From: an uncultured Acidobacteriota bacterium
Lineage (GTDB): Bacteria; Acidobacteriota; Thermoanaerobaculia; UBA5066
DNA: 64,000 nt
Direction: 5' to 3'
Assembly: GCA_963801475.1 (NCBI GenBank)
Contig: CAWDEX010000001.1
Span: 2,567,019 to 2,631,018, forward strand
Position numbers and translations under genes: made by a program. This document shows positions 1 to 10,798 of the stretch, piece by piece; position 1 is the stretch's first letter; each line of letters begins with the position of its first letter. The notes under the pieces are model-generated. The model searched no databases. It saw only the letters and a list, made by a program, of their open reading frames with translations, and was not told the DNA's origin.

Positions 1-1776
<1,776 letters not shown>

Positions 1777-1798
1777 GGGACGCGGAGAGTAGCAGAGC

Positions 1799-2338
1799 CT
1801 ACTTCTTCTTCAGGCTGCTCGTCTGGAAGGCGACGAAGTCCCGGCCCGGAGGCGAGAGGTCCAGCGCCGTGTCGAGGCCGCCGTCGGCGCGGCGGGTGAA
1901 GGTGATCCGGGAGCGGGCTCCGGCCTCGTAGTTCACGAGCGCGGAGGAGGTCATCCGGACCGTCCCGTCGGCCGCAAACTCCACGTCGAAAGGCCCGGAG
2001 ACGCCCGTCGAGAAGTAGTACGTGGCGACATACCGCCGCTTCTCGCGATCGTAGGTGACGCAGCCGAGTTCCTCCGCGGTCTCTTCGGGCTTTCCATCGC
2101 CCGCCGGGAAGATCGTGCTCCCGCGCTCGACGAGGACGGTCCCGTTCATCTCCATCGTGAAGCGGACGACGCGCCCGCCGATCCGGCCGCCCGAGGAGGT
2201 GGTCCCCGACCAGGATCCGAGCAGGAAAGCGATTTCGTTGAAAGGGCGCCAGGCCGGCACGGACGCCGTCGGCGCCTGTGCCCCGGCGGGCCCGGCCGTC
2301 AACACCAGCACCAGGAGTCCCGTTGCGACCCGCGTCAC
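1799..2338 (-). CDS. Secreted hypothetical protein (signal peptide, beta-rich)
   Basis: 179-aa ORF. The N-terminus [23 protein letters not shown] looks like a Sec signal peptide. Amino-acid composition is normal, unlike the overlapping + frame ORF. Confidence 0.6.
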   Translation of the reverse strand: MTRVATGLLVLVLTAGPAGAQAPTASVPAWRPFNEIAFLLGSWSGTTSSGGRIGGRVVRFTMEMNGTVLVERGSTIFPAGDGKPEETAEELGCVTYDREKRRYVATYYFSTGVSGPFDVEFAADGTVRMTSSALVNYEAGARSRITFTRRADGGLDTALDLSPPGRDFVAFQTSSLKKK

Positions 2339-2451
2339 AGTTTCTCCGCCAGCCTGATTGGAAATTATAGACTTAAGGGCAGATGGTCGGGCTTCGGCCC
2401 GGGAACCCCGAGAACCGGACGACGCCGCTTCTCGTTCCTGAATGACGGAAG

Positions 2452-3072
2452 ATGCCGCCTGCCCTTCATCCCGACGCGGACCTCGTCTCCCGGTGCCAGC
2501 GGGGGGACGACGCGGCCTGGTCCGAGCTGGTCGACCGGTACGGCCGGAAGGTCTACGGCATCGCCTGGCACTTCACCTACGACCGCGCCGAGGCCGAGGA
2601 GCTGACGCAGGACTGCTTCCTCAGGCTCTGGGAGAACCTCGACCGGTACGAGCCGTCGGAGGCATCGCTTCTGGCTTGGATCGCGGCGCTCTCCCGGAAT
2701 CTCTGCATCGACCATTACCGCAAACGTAGACGGGAGAAGGGTTTTCGCTTCCTGACCGACGAGGCGGTGACCGCGATCCTTCCCGCCGGGGACGACCCGC
2801 AGGCGGACGCCGTGCGGCGCGAGCGGGTCCGGTTCCTCCTCGAGGCGCTCGAGGACCTCCCGGACGAACTGGCCGAGGTCGTCATGCTCCGCGACCTCGA
2901 CGGCCTCGACTACCGGGAGATCGGCGACTTCCTCAAGCTGCCGGACGGAACCGTCAAGTCGAGGCTGAACCGTGCCCGGATCGAGCTCGCCAAGGCGATC
3001 CGCAAGCGCCTCGGCCAGAACACCGACGGGCAGGGTTCGGTCTTCGTCTCGGCGTCCGGAGGGGCGTCGTGA
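2452..3072 (+). CDS. ECF-type RNA polymerase sigma-70 family factor
   Basis: The region 2 pattern is AWSELVDRYGRKVYGIAWHFTYDRAEAEELTQDCFLRLWENLDRY...LLAWIAALSRNLCIDHYRKRRRE. The region 4 pattern is VVMLRDLDGLDYREIGDFLKLPDGTVKSRLNRARIELAKAI. Confidence 0.85.
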   Translation: MPPALHPDADLVSRCQRGDDAAWSELVDRYGRKVYGIAWHFTYDRAEAEELTQDCFLRLWENLDRYEPSEASLLAWIAALSRNLCIDHYRKRRREKGFRFLTDEAVTAILPAGDDPQADAVRRERVRFLLEALEDLPDELAEVVMLRDLDGLDYREIGDFLKLPDGTVKSRLNRARIELAKAIRKRLGQNTDGQGSVFVSASGGAS

Positions 3073-3890
3073 GCGCGAATCCGCGGACGGCCTGCCGCGC
3101 CTTCGAGGAGGCGCTCCTCCGCCGGCTCGAGGTGGGCGGCACGGACGCTCCCGTTTCGCCGGCCGACGGGCACGCCGCCGACTGCGCCGACTGCCGGGGG
3201 CTCGTCACACTCCTGAACGTGACGGGTGAGACGTTCCGGTCCCTCCCGCCGCCGCGCCCTCCCCTCCGGCTCCTGCGGTCGCTCTCGGCCCCTCCGGCGG
3301 ATTTCGCTGCCCGACGCGAGTCTGCCGCCTTGCTCGACCTCCTCGAGCCGGGGGCGCTCGTTCTTCCCGAGCCGTCCCCCGAGCTGATGCGACGCCTCCG
3401 CTTCCTTCCGACGCGAGCCGAGGCCGCCACGGGGGCCGAGGCCGGGCCGAGACCCCTCTGGCGCCGCCTTCTCTCCGACTGGCGTTTCACGGTCGCGGCC
3501 GCCTACGCCGCCTCGCTGGCCATCGTCGCCCTCCTCGGGGTCGACCCGATGTCGGCGGCGCGCGGCGCGGCGTCGAGCCTCACTTCCGCCGGCGAGAGGG
3601 CCGTGCAGGAAGCCCGGCAGGCGGCCTTCGCCGGCCTCGACGCCGCCGCGCGCGCCGAGGCCGAGAAACCCCTCACCGAGCGGCTCGACTACCGGATCTA
3701 CCGGACGATCGCCCAGGGGAAAGCGCGCGCCACGGCGTTCGCCCAGATCGCCTTCGAGAAAGTCTTCGGTGCCCGGGAGACCGAGAACGCCGCGGCACCG
3801 ATGCCCCGTCGGCCCGGCGGGCCGGAACCACAGCGCGATCGCCTCCCTCCTCCGACGCCGGAACCGAACGCGAAGGTATTGCGTTCCTGA
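3069..3890 (+). CDS. Putative anti-sigma factor (zf-HC2-like N-terminus, one TM segment)
   Basis: The GTG start overlaps the sigma gene stop (GTGA). The N-terminus CRAFEEALL...HAADCADCRGLV resembles the H-x3-C-x2-C anti-sigma zinc finger. A hydrophobic segment FTVAAAYAASLAIVALLGV follows. Confidence 0.6.
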   Translation: MSANPRTACRAFEEALLRRLEVGGTDAPVSPADGHAADCADCRGLVTLLNVTGETFRSLPPPRPPLRLLRSLSAPPADFAARRESAALLDLLEPGALVLPEPSPELMRRLRFLPTRAEAATGAEAGPRPLWRRLLSDWRFTVAAAYAASLAIVALLGVDPMSAARGAASSLTSAGERAVQEARQAAFAGLDAAARAEAEKPLTERLDYRIYRTIAQGKARATAFAQIAFEKVFGARETENAAAPMPRRPGGPEPQRDRLPPPTPEPNAKVLRS

Positions 3891-3927
3891 CTCTGGGTAC
3901 GGCCCGTACCGGGCGCGTGCCGAACGA

Positions 3928-4545
3928 ATGAAGGTGAAGACGATGAACGAGACGAGCCAGCCCCCGACCCCGACGTCAACGGCCCCTTCGACCTCGTGGC
4001 CGGCCCCGCCGCCCGCCGCGGCGCCTCCGGCCCCGCCGGTCGCCTATCCGCCTTTTCCGGCCACCGCCCCCTCGCCCCAGGCGAAGAACCCCGCCGCGGC
4101 GGGGCTTCTGTCGGTCATCCCCGGCCTCGGACACGTCTATCTCGGGCTGTACCAGCGCGCCGTCATCTTCTTCGCGGTCTGGGTGGTCGTGATGACGGTG
4201 GCCCCGCACGGTCCTGGGCCGGCCGGTCTGATGATCCCGTTCTGGTGGTTCTTCGTCCTGATTGACGCCGTCCGCCAGGCCAAGGCGATCAACGCGACGG
4301 GGGCTCCCGAGTCGAACCTCCTGCCCAACGAGAAGCCGATGAACTTCAGCGGCAGCCTCACCTTCGGGATCTTCCTCGTCCTCGTTGGGGTGTTCTTCCT
4401 CCTCGACCGCTACTTCCGGATCGACCTCTCGTTCCTCTTCGACTTCTGGCCGGTCCTGCTGATCGCGTTCGGCGCGTGGCAGATCTTCGCCTACTGGAAG
4501 TCGAAACAGCCGGCGGAGCCGAAGGAGCCGAAGCTCGAGGGCTGA
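3928..4545 (+). CDS. Small integral membrane protein with a Pro/Ala-rich N-terminus
   Basis: In-frame ATG at 3928 ([11 protein letters not shown]). There are four hydrophobic helices, including the motifs [30 protein letters not shown] and [15 protein letters not shown]. The part of ORF 3769..4545 upstream of 3928 overlaps the anti-sigma gene. Confidence 0.6.
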   Translation: MKVKTMNETSQPPTPTSTAPSTSWPAPPPAAAPPAPPVAYPPFPATAPSPQAKNPAAAGLLSVIPGLGHVYLGLYQRAVIFFAVWVVVMTVAPHGPGPAGLMIPFWWFFVLIDAVRQAKAINATGAPESNLLPNEKPMNFSGSLTFGIFLVLVGVFFLLDRYFRIDLSFLFDFWPVLLIAFGAWQIFAYWKSKQPAEPKEPKLEG

Positions 4546-4609
4546 CCGGAACGGAAATCGACGGGTCCGCTCCGAGGGCCGGGTCGCGAGACCCGGCCCT
4601 TTCCTTTCC

Positions 4610-6554
4610 TCAGGCGCCTCGGCGGAGGACCCAGACACCCGCTCCGACGAGGAGGGCCGTCAGGAGCGCGAGCGCCCGCGGATCGAGCGCCGGGATGTCG
4701 GCCGGCGAGCCGCCGTTCCCGACGATCACGACGACCTGGGAGGTCGCCCCGACCCCCGGCCCGTTCGAGGCCGTCGCGGTCGCGAGATTCGTGAGAGTCG
4801 TCGAGACCGGCGGCGCCTGGGCCGAGATCGTCACGGTGGCGGTCGCGCCAGGCGCGAGCGTCCCGAGCAGCGCCGTCACGAGCCCCGCCGAGTCGCTGCA
4901 GCTCCCTTGTGACGCGCTGCAGGATACGAACGCCAGCCCCGGAGGAAGCTGATCGGAGACGGTGACGTCGAGGGCCGTCACCGTGCCGGTGTTTCCAACG
5001 ACGATCGTGAACGCGACGATGCCGCCCGGGGGCACCGGGTTCGGCACTGCGGTCTTCTGGACGGCGAGCGTGACGGCGCCTCCCGGAGGCGTCGGGGTCG
5101 GCGTGGACGTCGGTGTAAACGTCGGCGTCGGAGCCGGCGGAGTCCCCGTCGGTGTCTGAGTCGGCGTCTGCGTCTGGGTCGGCGTCCCCGTCGGCGTCTG
5201 AGTCGGCGTCGGTGTCCACGTAGGAGTCCACGTCGGCGTCACTGTGGGCGTCAGCGTCGGAGTCGGCGTCGGAGTCGGCGTATTCGTCGGCGTGAACGTC
5301 GGCGTCGGGGGCGGCGGCGTCCCGCGGCGTACTCGTCGGCGTCGCCGTCGATGTGCTCGTCGGAGTGGGCGTCACGGTCGGCGTGACTGTCGGTGTGTTC
5401 GTGGGAGTCGACGTCACCGTCGACGTCGGGGTCGGCGTCCACGTCGGGGTCAAAGTCGGCGTCAGCGTCGGCGTGTTCGTCGGCGTGAACGTCGGCGGCG
5501 GGGGGGTCAAGGTCGGCGTTTGAGTCGGTGTGGGCGTGGCCGTCGGCGTCCATGTCGGCGTCTGAGTCGGCGTCTGGGTCGGTGTCGGGGTCGGGGTCGG
5601 CGTGTCCGTCGGCGTCTGAGTCGGTGTGGGCGTGGCCGTCGGCGTCCACGTCGGCGTCCCCGTCGGCGTCTGCGTCGGCGTTGGGGTGGCCGTCGGCGTA
5701 AGCGTAGGCGTGTTCGTTGGAGTGAACGTCGGCGTCGGAGGCGGCGGCGTAAAGGTCGGCGTACTGGTCGGGGTCCCCGTCGGCGTGAGCGTCGGAGTGT
5801 TCGTCGGGGTCGCCGTCGGTGGAGGGAAGGTGCAGGGTGGCGCAGAGCCGGTCGGACGGATCGTGACGGCGCTCTCCGCCCAGAAGGCTCCGTTAGAGAG
5901 CGTCCAGGACATCGTCACGCTCGGCGTCGTCCCCGACCTGACGCTCCCGCCGCCGAATGCGTTCTGCGAGTTCGCCCCCCCCGTCGTGCCGGCGTTCCAG
6001 AGCGGCGTCTGTCCCGGCCCGGCCGTCAGGCCCCCGGCGTCTCCCCGCGCCGCCACGTTGTCGAAGAGATACTGTCCTTCCGTCGTCGGGCAGGCCACCG
6101 ACGCCAGCGTCGTGTTCCCCTGCGCGCTCGCCGCCGAGTAGAAGCAGACGGGGGAAGTCTGATCGACCCCGGCGAAGGAGGCGGATCCCCCGACCGCGCG
6201 GACGGCCGAGCCGAAGGTCACCGTGATCGTGGCGGTGCCGGAGCTCGGGTTCACGAGGCGGAAGATCTCCGACTTCATCATGTTGTTTCCGTCCACGGCG
6301 CTTCCGGCGGACGTGAGCGCTTGAGCCCCGAAGGTGACGCTCGAAACCGTCGTGCCGCCGCCGCGGATGGAGAGACCCACGAGAAGAAGCCGGTTGCTCC
6401 CGGAGCCGACCGTGTGACTCCACGAGAGGGTGGTCTGATCGCCCGACGTCACGATCGTGCCGCTGGCGTCATAGGAGACCTGGGCGGTCGAAAGCGACGC
6501 CGGGAGAAGGGAGCCGAAAACGAGAAGAAAGACCCCGAGGCTCGGAGGTCCCAC
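4610..6554 (-). CDS. Surface/secreted protein: signal peptide, about 230-aa beta-rich domain, about 250-aa Pro-Thr linker, DUF11-like repeat domain, IPTL-CTERM-like sorting tail. It is interrupted by one apparent 1-nt insertion near 5324.
   Basis: Frame of ORF 4491..6674: [20 protein letters not shown] signal, then TPT repeats up to ...TPTSTP. Frame of ORF 4610..5242 continues [13 protein letters not shown]... into [42 protein letters not shown] (DUF11-like) and the C-terminal [28 protein letters not shown]. Removing one base gives 1944 nt, which is 648 codons. The GTG start at 6554 is a guess. Confidence 0.6.
5080..5834 (-). repeat. Low-complexity coding repeat (Pro-Thr linker, degenerate ACGCCG units)
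   Basis: Visible as cgtcgg/cgtcgg periodicity on the + strand. All three reverse frames stay open here, reading as PT-rich, D/A/H-rich and R-rich. Confidence 0.85.
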
Positions 6555-6750
6555 CCAGCCCGGCGCGCCGTCCACGCCACCTGATTCGCTTCTAGACACC
6601 AATCGACGTGATTCTAGGGCCTCCACGGCGAATTTCGATCCTCCGGCATCGACCCGAGACCTGAAGCGCAACATGGGCCACCGCGACGCCCCAAGCCATG
6701 GCTGCGGCGAAACAGGCCGGCGTGGCCGCCGCGAAACGAGCGCTACGCGC

Positions 6751-7323
6751 TCAGTTCTCGAACGACGTGACCAGCACGACCGTCTTCTTCGTGATCCGGC
6801 CGTCGCGGGGATCGACGAGATGGTCCTCGATCGCGATCGAGAGCCGCTCGGCCTCCCGGGTCCAGCGGGCCGACCGCCCCTGCTTCCCCGCCGCCTCGCG
6901 CACCCGCTCGGGGCCCGCCTTGATGGCCCCGGCGCGGATCGCCTCGTCGAGATCGGCCGCGAGGTCGCGCACGCCGAAGACGAACTCGGCGCGGGGGACG
7001 GTCTTCTCGTAGAACGCGGCCACTTCGTCGAGGGGCCGCGCCGTCGTCATGACGGCGATCCTCATCGAGACGAGCTTCCCCCGGATCTCCGCCTTCTCCT
7101 TCTTCGAGAGCTTCCGGTTCGCGTCGAGCTGAGCGAGCGCCTGCTGGCGCTCGACGTCGGCCTGCTGCAACCGGAGTCGCGTCAGTTCCGTGTCGACGGC
7201 TCCTTCCGGGGGGAGCGGAACGCCGGGAATCGGCGACGGGACGACGGCATAGGACGAAGCCGCGGGCGTGGGCGACGGCGCGGCCGCCGCGAGGAGTAGA
7301 GCGACGAGGGGGAGGAAGGTCAC
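6751..7323 (-). CDS. Secreted hypothetical protein
   Basis: 190-aa ORF with signal-like [24 protein letters not shown]. The remainder has a balanced composition with a coiled-coil-like [27 protein letters not shown]. Confidence 0.6.
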   Translation of the reverse strand: MTFLPLVALLLAAAAPSPTPAASSYAVVPSPIPGVPLPPEGAVDTELTRLRLQQADVERQQALAQLDANRKLSKKEKAEIRGKLVSMRIAVMTTARPLDEVAAFYEKTVPRAEFVFGVRDLAADLDEAIRAGAIKAGPERVREAAGKQGRSARWTREAERLSIAIEDHLVDPRDGRITKKTVVLVTSFEN

Positions 7324-7345
7324 CCTCCGATTCTAAGGGGACCGG

Positions 7346-8266
7346 TCAGCCTTGCGGCTTCACGACGATTTCCGCCGGCTTTCCCCGGACGTAGCGGAGG
7401 GAGCACTCGGCGAATCCCTCGCACTTCAGGCAGATCCCGTCCTTGTCCCCCTTGAAGTCGACCGGCTTGCAGATGTTGACGCCGGGGACCACGAGCTTCT
7501 GGAGCTCTCCCTCGAACTCCCGCAGCTTCGGCGCGGGGTCGCCGCCCGCCCGGGCCGCGAGCCGCAGCTCCTCGACGCGAGGGAAGAGGTCCCGGTTCCG
7601 CCGCTCGAGCACGGCGTCCTCGCGGATGGCGCCGGCCGACTTGAGCGCGACGACCGCCTCGCGCCGGACCTTCTTCGCCTTCTGCACGCCGCGGTGCCGG
7701 ATCCAGAAGAAGAGGAACCCCGCCGAGGCGCCGACGAGGTTCGCGAAACCCGCGCCGGCCCGACCGGCGAGCAGCGCGCCGACGAACGTCCAGACGAGCA
7801 GCGCCGCCCCGAGCCAGGCCATCCACTTCACCTTCACGGGGACGACGAAGAAGACCAGGAACCGGGTCTCGGGAAACAGGTACGCGTAGGCGAAGAGCAT
7901 CGAGACGCCCGTGATCTGCCAGCCGCTCGTCAGGAGCCCGCCCGTCGCCCAGGCCGCGAGCGAGCCTCCCAGCGTCGCCACGAGCCAGAAGACCGAGAAC
8001 TCGGGCGTCCCCCACTCCGCTTCGAGCGCCATGCCGAGGATGTACAGCATCATCGTCCCGAAGAAGAGGCCCAGCGCTCCGGAGTTCAGGAACTGGTAGG
8101 TCACGAAGGTCCAGGGCATGGCGAGCGCTGTCCCGGGCTGGAAGGCGAAGAGCCGGTAGGTCCGCTCCGGGTCCATCTGGATCAGGAAGAAGAAGACGAA
8201 ATTCAGCCCGCAGAGCGGCAGCGTCAGGCCGAGACGCGGGGCGAAGAGGTCGCGCCCGTCGCTCAC
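7346..8266 (-). CDS. Rhomboid-family intramembrane serine protease with a Cys-rich cytoplasmic tail
   Basis: The GTG at 8266 overlaps the mutL stop (GTGA). TM core: WTFVTYQFLNSGALGLFFGTMMLYILGMALEAEWG...GGSLAAWATGG...GASAGFLFFW. The tail contains CKPVDFKGDKDGICLKCEGFAEC. The upstream part of the 645-aa track ORF is an off-frame read-through of mutL. Confidence 0.8.
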   Translation of the reverse strand: MSDGRDLFAPRLGLTLPLCGLNFVFFFLIQMDPERTYRLFAFQPGTALAMPWTFVTYQFLNSGALGLFFGTMMLYILGMALEAEWGTPEFSVFWLVATLGGSLAAWATGGLLTSGWQITGVSMLFAYAYLFPETRFLVFFVVPVKVKWMAWLGAALLVWTFVGALLAGRAGAGFANLVGASAGFLFFWIRHRGVQKAKKVRREAVVALKSAGAIREDAVLERRNRDLFPRVEELRLAARAGGDPAPKLREFEGELQKLVVPGVNICKPVDFKGDKDGICLKCEGFAECSLRYVRGKPAEIVVKPQG

Positions 8267-10032
8267 GTTCGCCTCCCGAAGCGCTTCTCCAGCTCGAGGT
8301 GGTCGAAGGTCAGGAGAATCGGCCGCCCGTGCGGACAGGTCCACGGGTCGCGGCACCGGGCGAGGTCCGTAAGAAGCGTCGTCGCCTCGGCCGGCGCGAG
8401 CGGCGTATTCACCGTCACGGCGCCCCGGCACGCCAGCGAAGCCGCCAGCGCCTCGCGCCGCCTCGCGGCCCCCGGGTCGCCCCCCTCGGGAATTCCGGCG
8501 ACACGGGCGAGGAAGTCGCGGAGGAAGGGAACGACGGCGCCTGACGGCGTGTCGGCCGGCGCCGCCGAGACGACGAAGCTCCGCCCCGACCGCTCCGAGA
8601 CGACGAAGCCCGCCGCAACGAGAAGGTCGTCGGTGCGGGAAAGAAGGAGCGCCTCCTCCGCCGTCGCCTCGAACGCCACCGGGAGAAGGAGACTCTGCGA
8701 CACGGTGGAAGCGGCCTCGAGCCGCGGGAGGATCCGCTCGTACCGGACCCGCTCGTGCGCCACGTGCTGGTCGATCAGGACGAGCCCTCGCTCCCCTTCC
8801 GCCACGAGGAAGGAGCTGCGGTACTGGCCGAGGAGGCGGAGCGTTCCAACCGGGGAGGCCGTGACCGCCGCCGGCGGATAGGTCGAGCGCGCCACGTCGG
8901 CGGCCGCGAGCGGCGCCAGCGCCCCGCCCCACGCCTCGAGGGTCTCGGCCATCGGGGCGATGGAGCGCCCGAACGGCTCGGCGCGTCGGAGCGCCCACGA
9001 CGCCGGCGCCCTCAGCGCCTCGCCCTCCACGCCCGTAGCCCCCTTCGCCCCGCCGAGTGCGACGAGGAGGCCCCGATGCACGAGGGAGTGGACGGCGCTC
9101 GGGTCGCGGAACCGGACCTCCAGCTTCTGCGGGTGGACGTTGACGTCGCACGCGTCGGGCGGGCAGGCGACGAATAGCGCGAAGGCCGGGTGCCGGCCCT
9201 CGCGGATCGCCTCGCGCGCCGCCAGCTGCGCCGCGTGCGAGGCCGTGGCGTCCTTCACGGCCCGGCCGTTCACGAAGAGCCATTGCTGCGTCCTCGACGG
9301 ATAGCTCTTCTCCGGCGGCGTGACGGCGCCCGAGAGCGTCATCCCCCGGTGGACGAACGAGACGGGGGCGAGCGTCCCCTCGAACGCGCCCCCGAGCACG
9401 TCACGGAACCGGGTCAAGGCTTCCGGAGCGGGCGGCAGGTCGAGGAGAAGCCTCTCCCCCGCGCGAAGGACGAACGAGACGTCGGGACGCGCGAGAGAGA
9501 GCGCCGTGAACGTCCGGACGATCGCGCGCAGCTCGGCGTCGACGCTCTTCAGGAACTTCCGGCGGGCCGGGACGTTCGCGAAGAGGTTCTCGACGACGAC
9601 GCGCGTCCCTTTCGTCTGCCGGACCGGGCGGACGGCCGGCGGCGCGCTCCCGTCGGCGACGACCTCCGTGCCCAGCCCGGACCCGTCGGGCGACGTGGCG
9701 AGGGCGAGGCGCGAGACCGACGCGATGGAGGGGAGCGCCTCGCCCCGGAAGCCGAGCGTTCCGATCCGGGAGAGGTCGTCGGCCACGGAGATCTTCGAGG
9801 TGGCGTGCCGCTCCAGCGCAAGGCGCGCGTCCTCCGGTCCCATCCCCGAGCCGTCGTCGGCCACCTCGATCCGGGCGACGCCTCCCCCCTCGACGTCCAC
9901 CGTGATCCGCGCCGCGCCGGCGTCGAGCGCGTTCTCGACCAGTTCCTTCACGACCGACGCGGGGCGCTCCACCACCTCGCCTGCGGCGATCTGGTTCACG
10001 AGGGCATCGGGCAGGACGCGGACCGTCGACAC
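8263..10032 (-). CDS. mutL: DNA mismatch repair protein MutL
   Basis: VSTVRVLPDALVNQIAAGEVVERPASVVKELVENALDAGAARITVDVEGGGVARIEVADDGSGM is the GHKL ATPase signature. A C-terminal dimerisation region follows. The GTG at 10032 is the first plausible start. Confidence 0.9.
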   Translation of the reverse strand: MSTVRVLPDALVNQIAAGEVVERPASVVKELVENALDAGAARITVDVEGGGVARIEVADDGSGMGPEDARLALERHATSKISVADDLSRIGTLGFRGEALPSIASVSRLALATSPDGSGLGTEVVADGSAPPAVRPVRQTKGTRVVVENLFANVPARRKFLKSVDAELRAIVRTFTALSLARPDVSFVLRAGERLLLDLPPAPEALTRFRDVLGGAFEGTLAPVSFVHRGMTLSGAVTPPEKSYPSRTQQWLFVNGRAVKDATASHAAQLAAREAIREGRHPAFALFVACPPDACDVNVHPQKLEVRFRDPSAVHSLVHRGLLVALGGAKGATGVEGEALRAPASWALRRAEPFGRSIAPMAETLEAWGGALAPLAAADVARSTYPPAAVTASPVGTLRLLGQYRSSFLVAEGERGLVLIDQHVAHERVRYERILPRLEAASTVSQSLLLPVAFEATAEEALLLSRTDDLLVAAGFVVSERSGRSFVVSAAPADTPSGAVVPFLRDFLARVAGIPEGGDPGAARRREALAASLACRGAVTVNTPLAPAEATTLLTDLARCRDPWTCPHGRPILLTFDHLELEKRFGRRT

Positions 10033-10121
10033 GGCGGGCGATGTTACCCGTGGAAGGAAAAAAGAACCGGGAAGGCGCGACGCCCTCCCGGTCCGGGTCG
10101 CCGGACGCCCGGGGGATGAGT

Positions 10122-10637
10122 TCAGCCCTTGGGCCCGTAAGGGCAGTTCGGGTTCGGGCCCGTGCCGTCCTGAAGCCCGTGCGGGCCATGGCCGTGCATG
10201 CCGCGGCCTCCCTGCGGGCCGGCAAAGAGAGGAGAGCCGTCGGCGGCCCGGAGCTTGAGGACGTCGCCGGACCGGACGTTCTGGATCTCGGCCACGACGT
10301 TCCCCTGCGGGCACGACGTGCAGGCCCATAGGGTGAGATGGAGGCGGTCGCCCGCCGCCGGGGCGAACTTCTGCGCGGCGAGGTAGCGGTACGACCCGAG
10401 AACGAACGACTGCTCCGTCCCACCGACGTTAAGGACGAGGGTCGGCATCCCCTGCCCGGGGGCCGCCGTATACGAGACGACGTCGCCCGTGACGTTGGTG
10501 ACCTTGGTCGGGTCCACGAGCGGCCCGGTGCCGTCCATCTTTCCCTTCCCGGCGCTGGATCCCTGCTGCGCGGCGAGCGTGCCCGCCAGAACCAGCGTGG
10601 AGAGGAAGAGGGTGAGGATCGTGAGGGTCTTCTTCAT
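10122..10637 (-). CDS. Small secreted protein with a CxxC motif and a Gly/His/Met/Pro-rich C-terminus (possible periplasmic metal binder)
   Basis: ATG at 10637 is preceded by GAAGGAGG. Signal peptide MKKTLTILTLFLSTLVLAGTLAAQQ. Internal WACTSCPQG. Tail GPQGGRGMHGHGPHGLQDGTGPNPNCPYGPKG. Confidence 0.6.
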   Translation of the reverse strand: MKKTLTILTLFLSTLVLAGTLAAQQGSSAGKGKMDGTGPLVDPTKVTNVTGDVVSYTAAPGQGMPTLVLNVGGTEQSFVLGSYRYLAAQKFAPAAGDRLHLTLWACTSCPQGNVVAEIQNVRSGDVLKLRAADGSPLFAGPQGGRGMHGHGPHGLQDGTGPNPNCPYGPKG

Positions 10638-10664
10638 GAGAGCCTCCTTCATGCTCCTCCCCTT

Positions 10665-10680
10665 CGCACGGTTCGGGCCA
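10665..10680 (-). promoter_or_regulatory. Candidate sigma54 (-24/-12) promoter
   Basis: The reverse strand reads TGGCCCGAACCGTGCG. The GG and GC are separated by exactly 10 nt, as in TGGCAC-N5-TTGC. It lies about 14-29 nt upstream of the two candidate ATGs of the 10122..10637 gene. Confidence 0.4.
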
Positions 10681-10756
10681 GCTGCCGCCCTCTCGCGCAA
10701 ACGACTCCGGCGACAGGGCTTTTCGAAAAAATGGCGCGCTCGCGGACCCGGGCTCC

Positions 10757-10773
10757 GCTGCAGGAGTTGCAGC
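10757..10773. promoter_or_regulatory. 17-bp palindrome GCTGCA-N5-TGCAGC (possible enhancer-binding-protein site)
   Basis: The + strand reads gctgcaggagttgcagc. A second imperfect palindrome, gttgcaggcaac, sits at 10786-10797. Both lie about 80-120 bp upstream of the candidate sigma54 promoter. Confidence 0.3.
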
Positions 10774-10798
10774 CTCCACGCAGCCGTTGCAGGCAACG

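Noticed and set aside
5080-5834. Possible CRISPR-like or tandem non-coding array (also the ~147-nt periodicity at 39247-40110)
   Set aside because: The periodicities are coding: a PT linker and Kelch blades. There are no spacer-like unique segments, no cas genes and no conserved repeat boundaries. No CRISPR array was seen anywhere in the window.
5244-6584. R-rich 446-aa + ORF and D/A/H-rich 132-aa - ORF (5251..5649) inside the PT repeat
   Set aside because: They are alternative readings of the degenerate ACGCCG repeat. Only the Pro-Thr frame connects a signal peptide to recognisable C-terminal domains.
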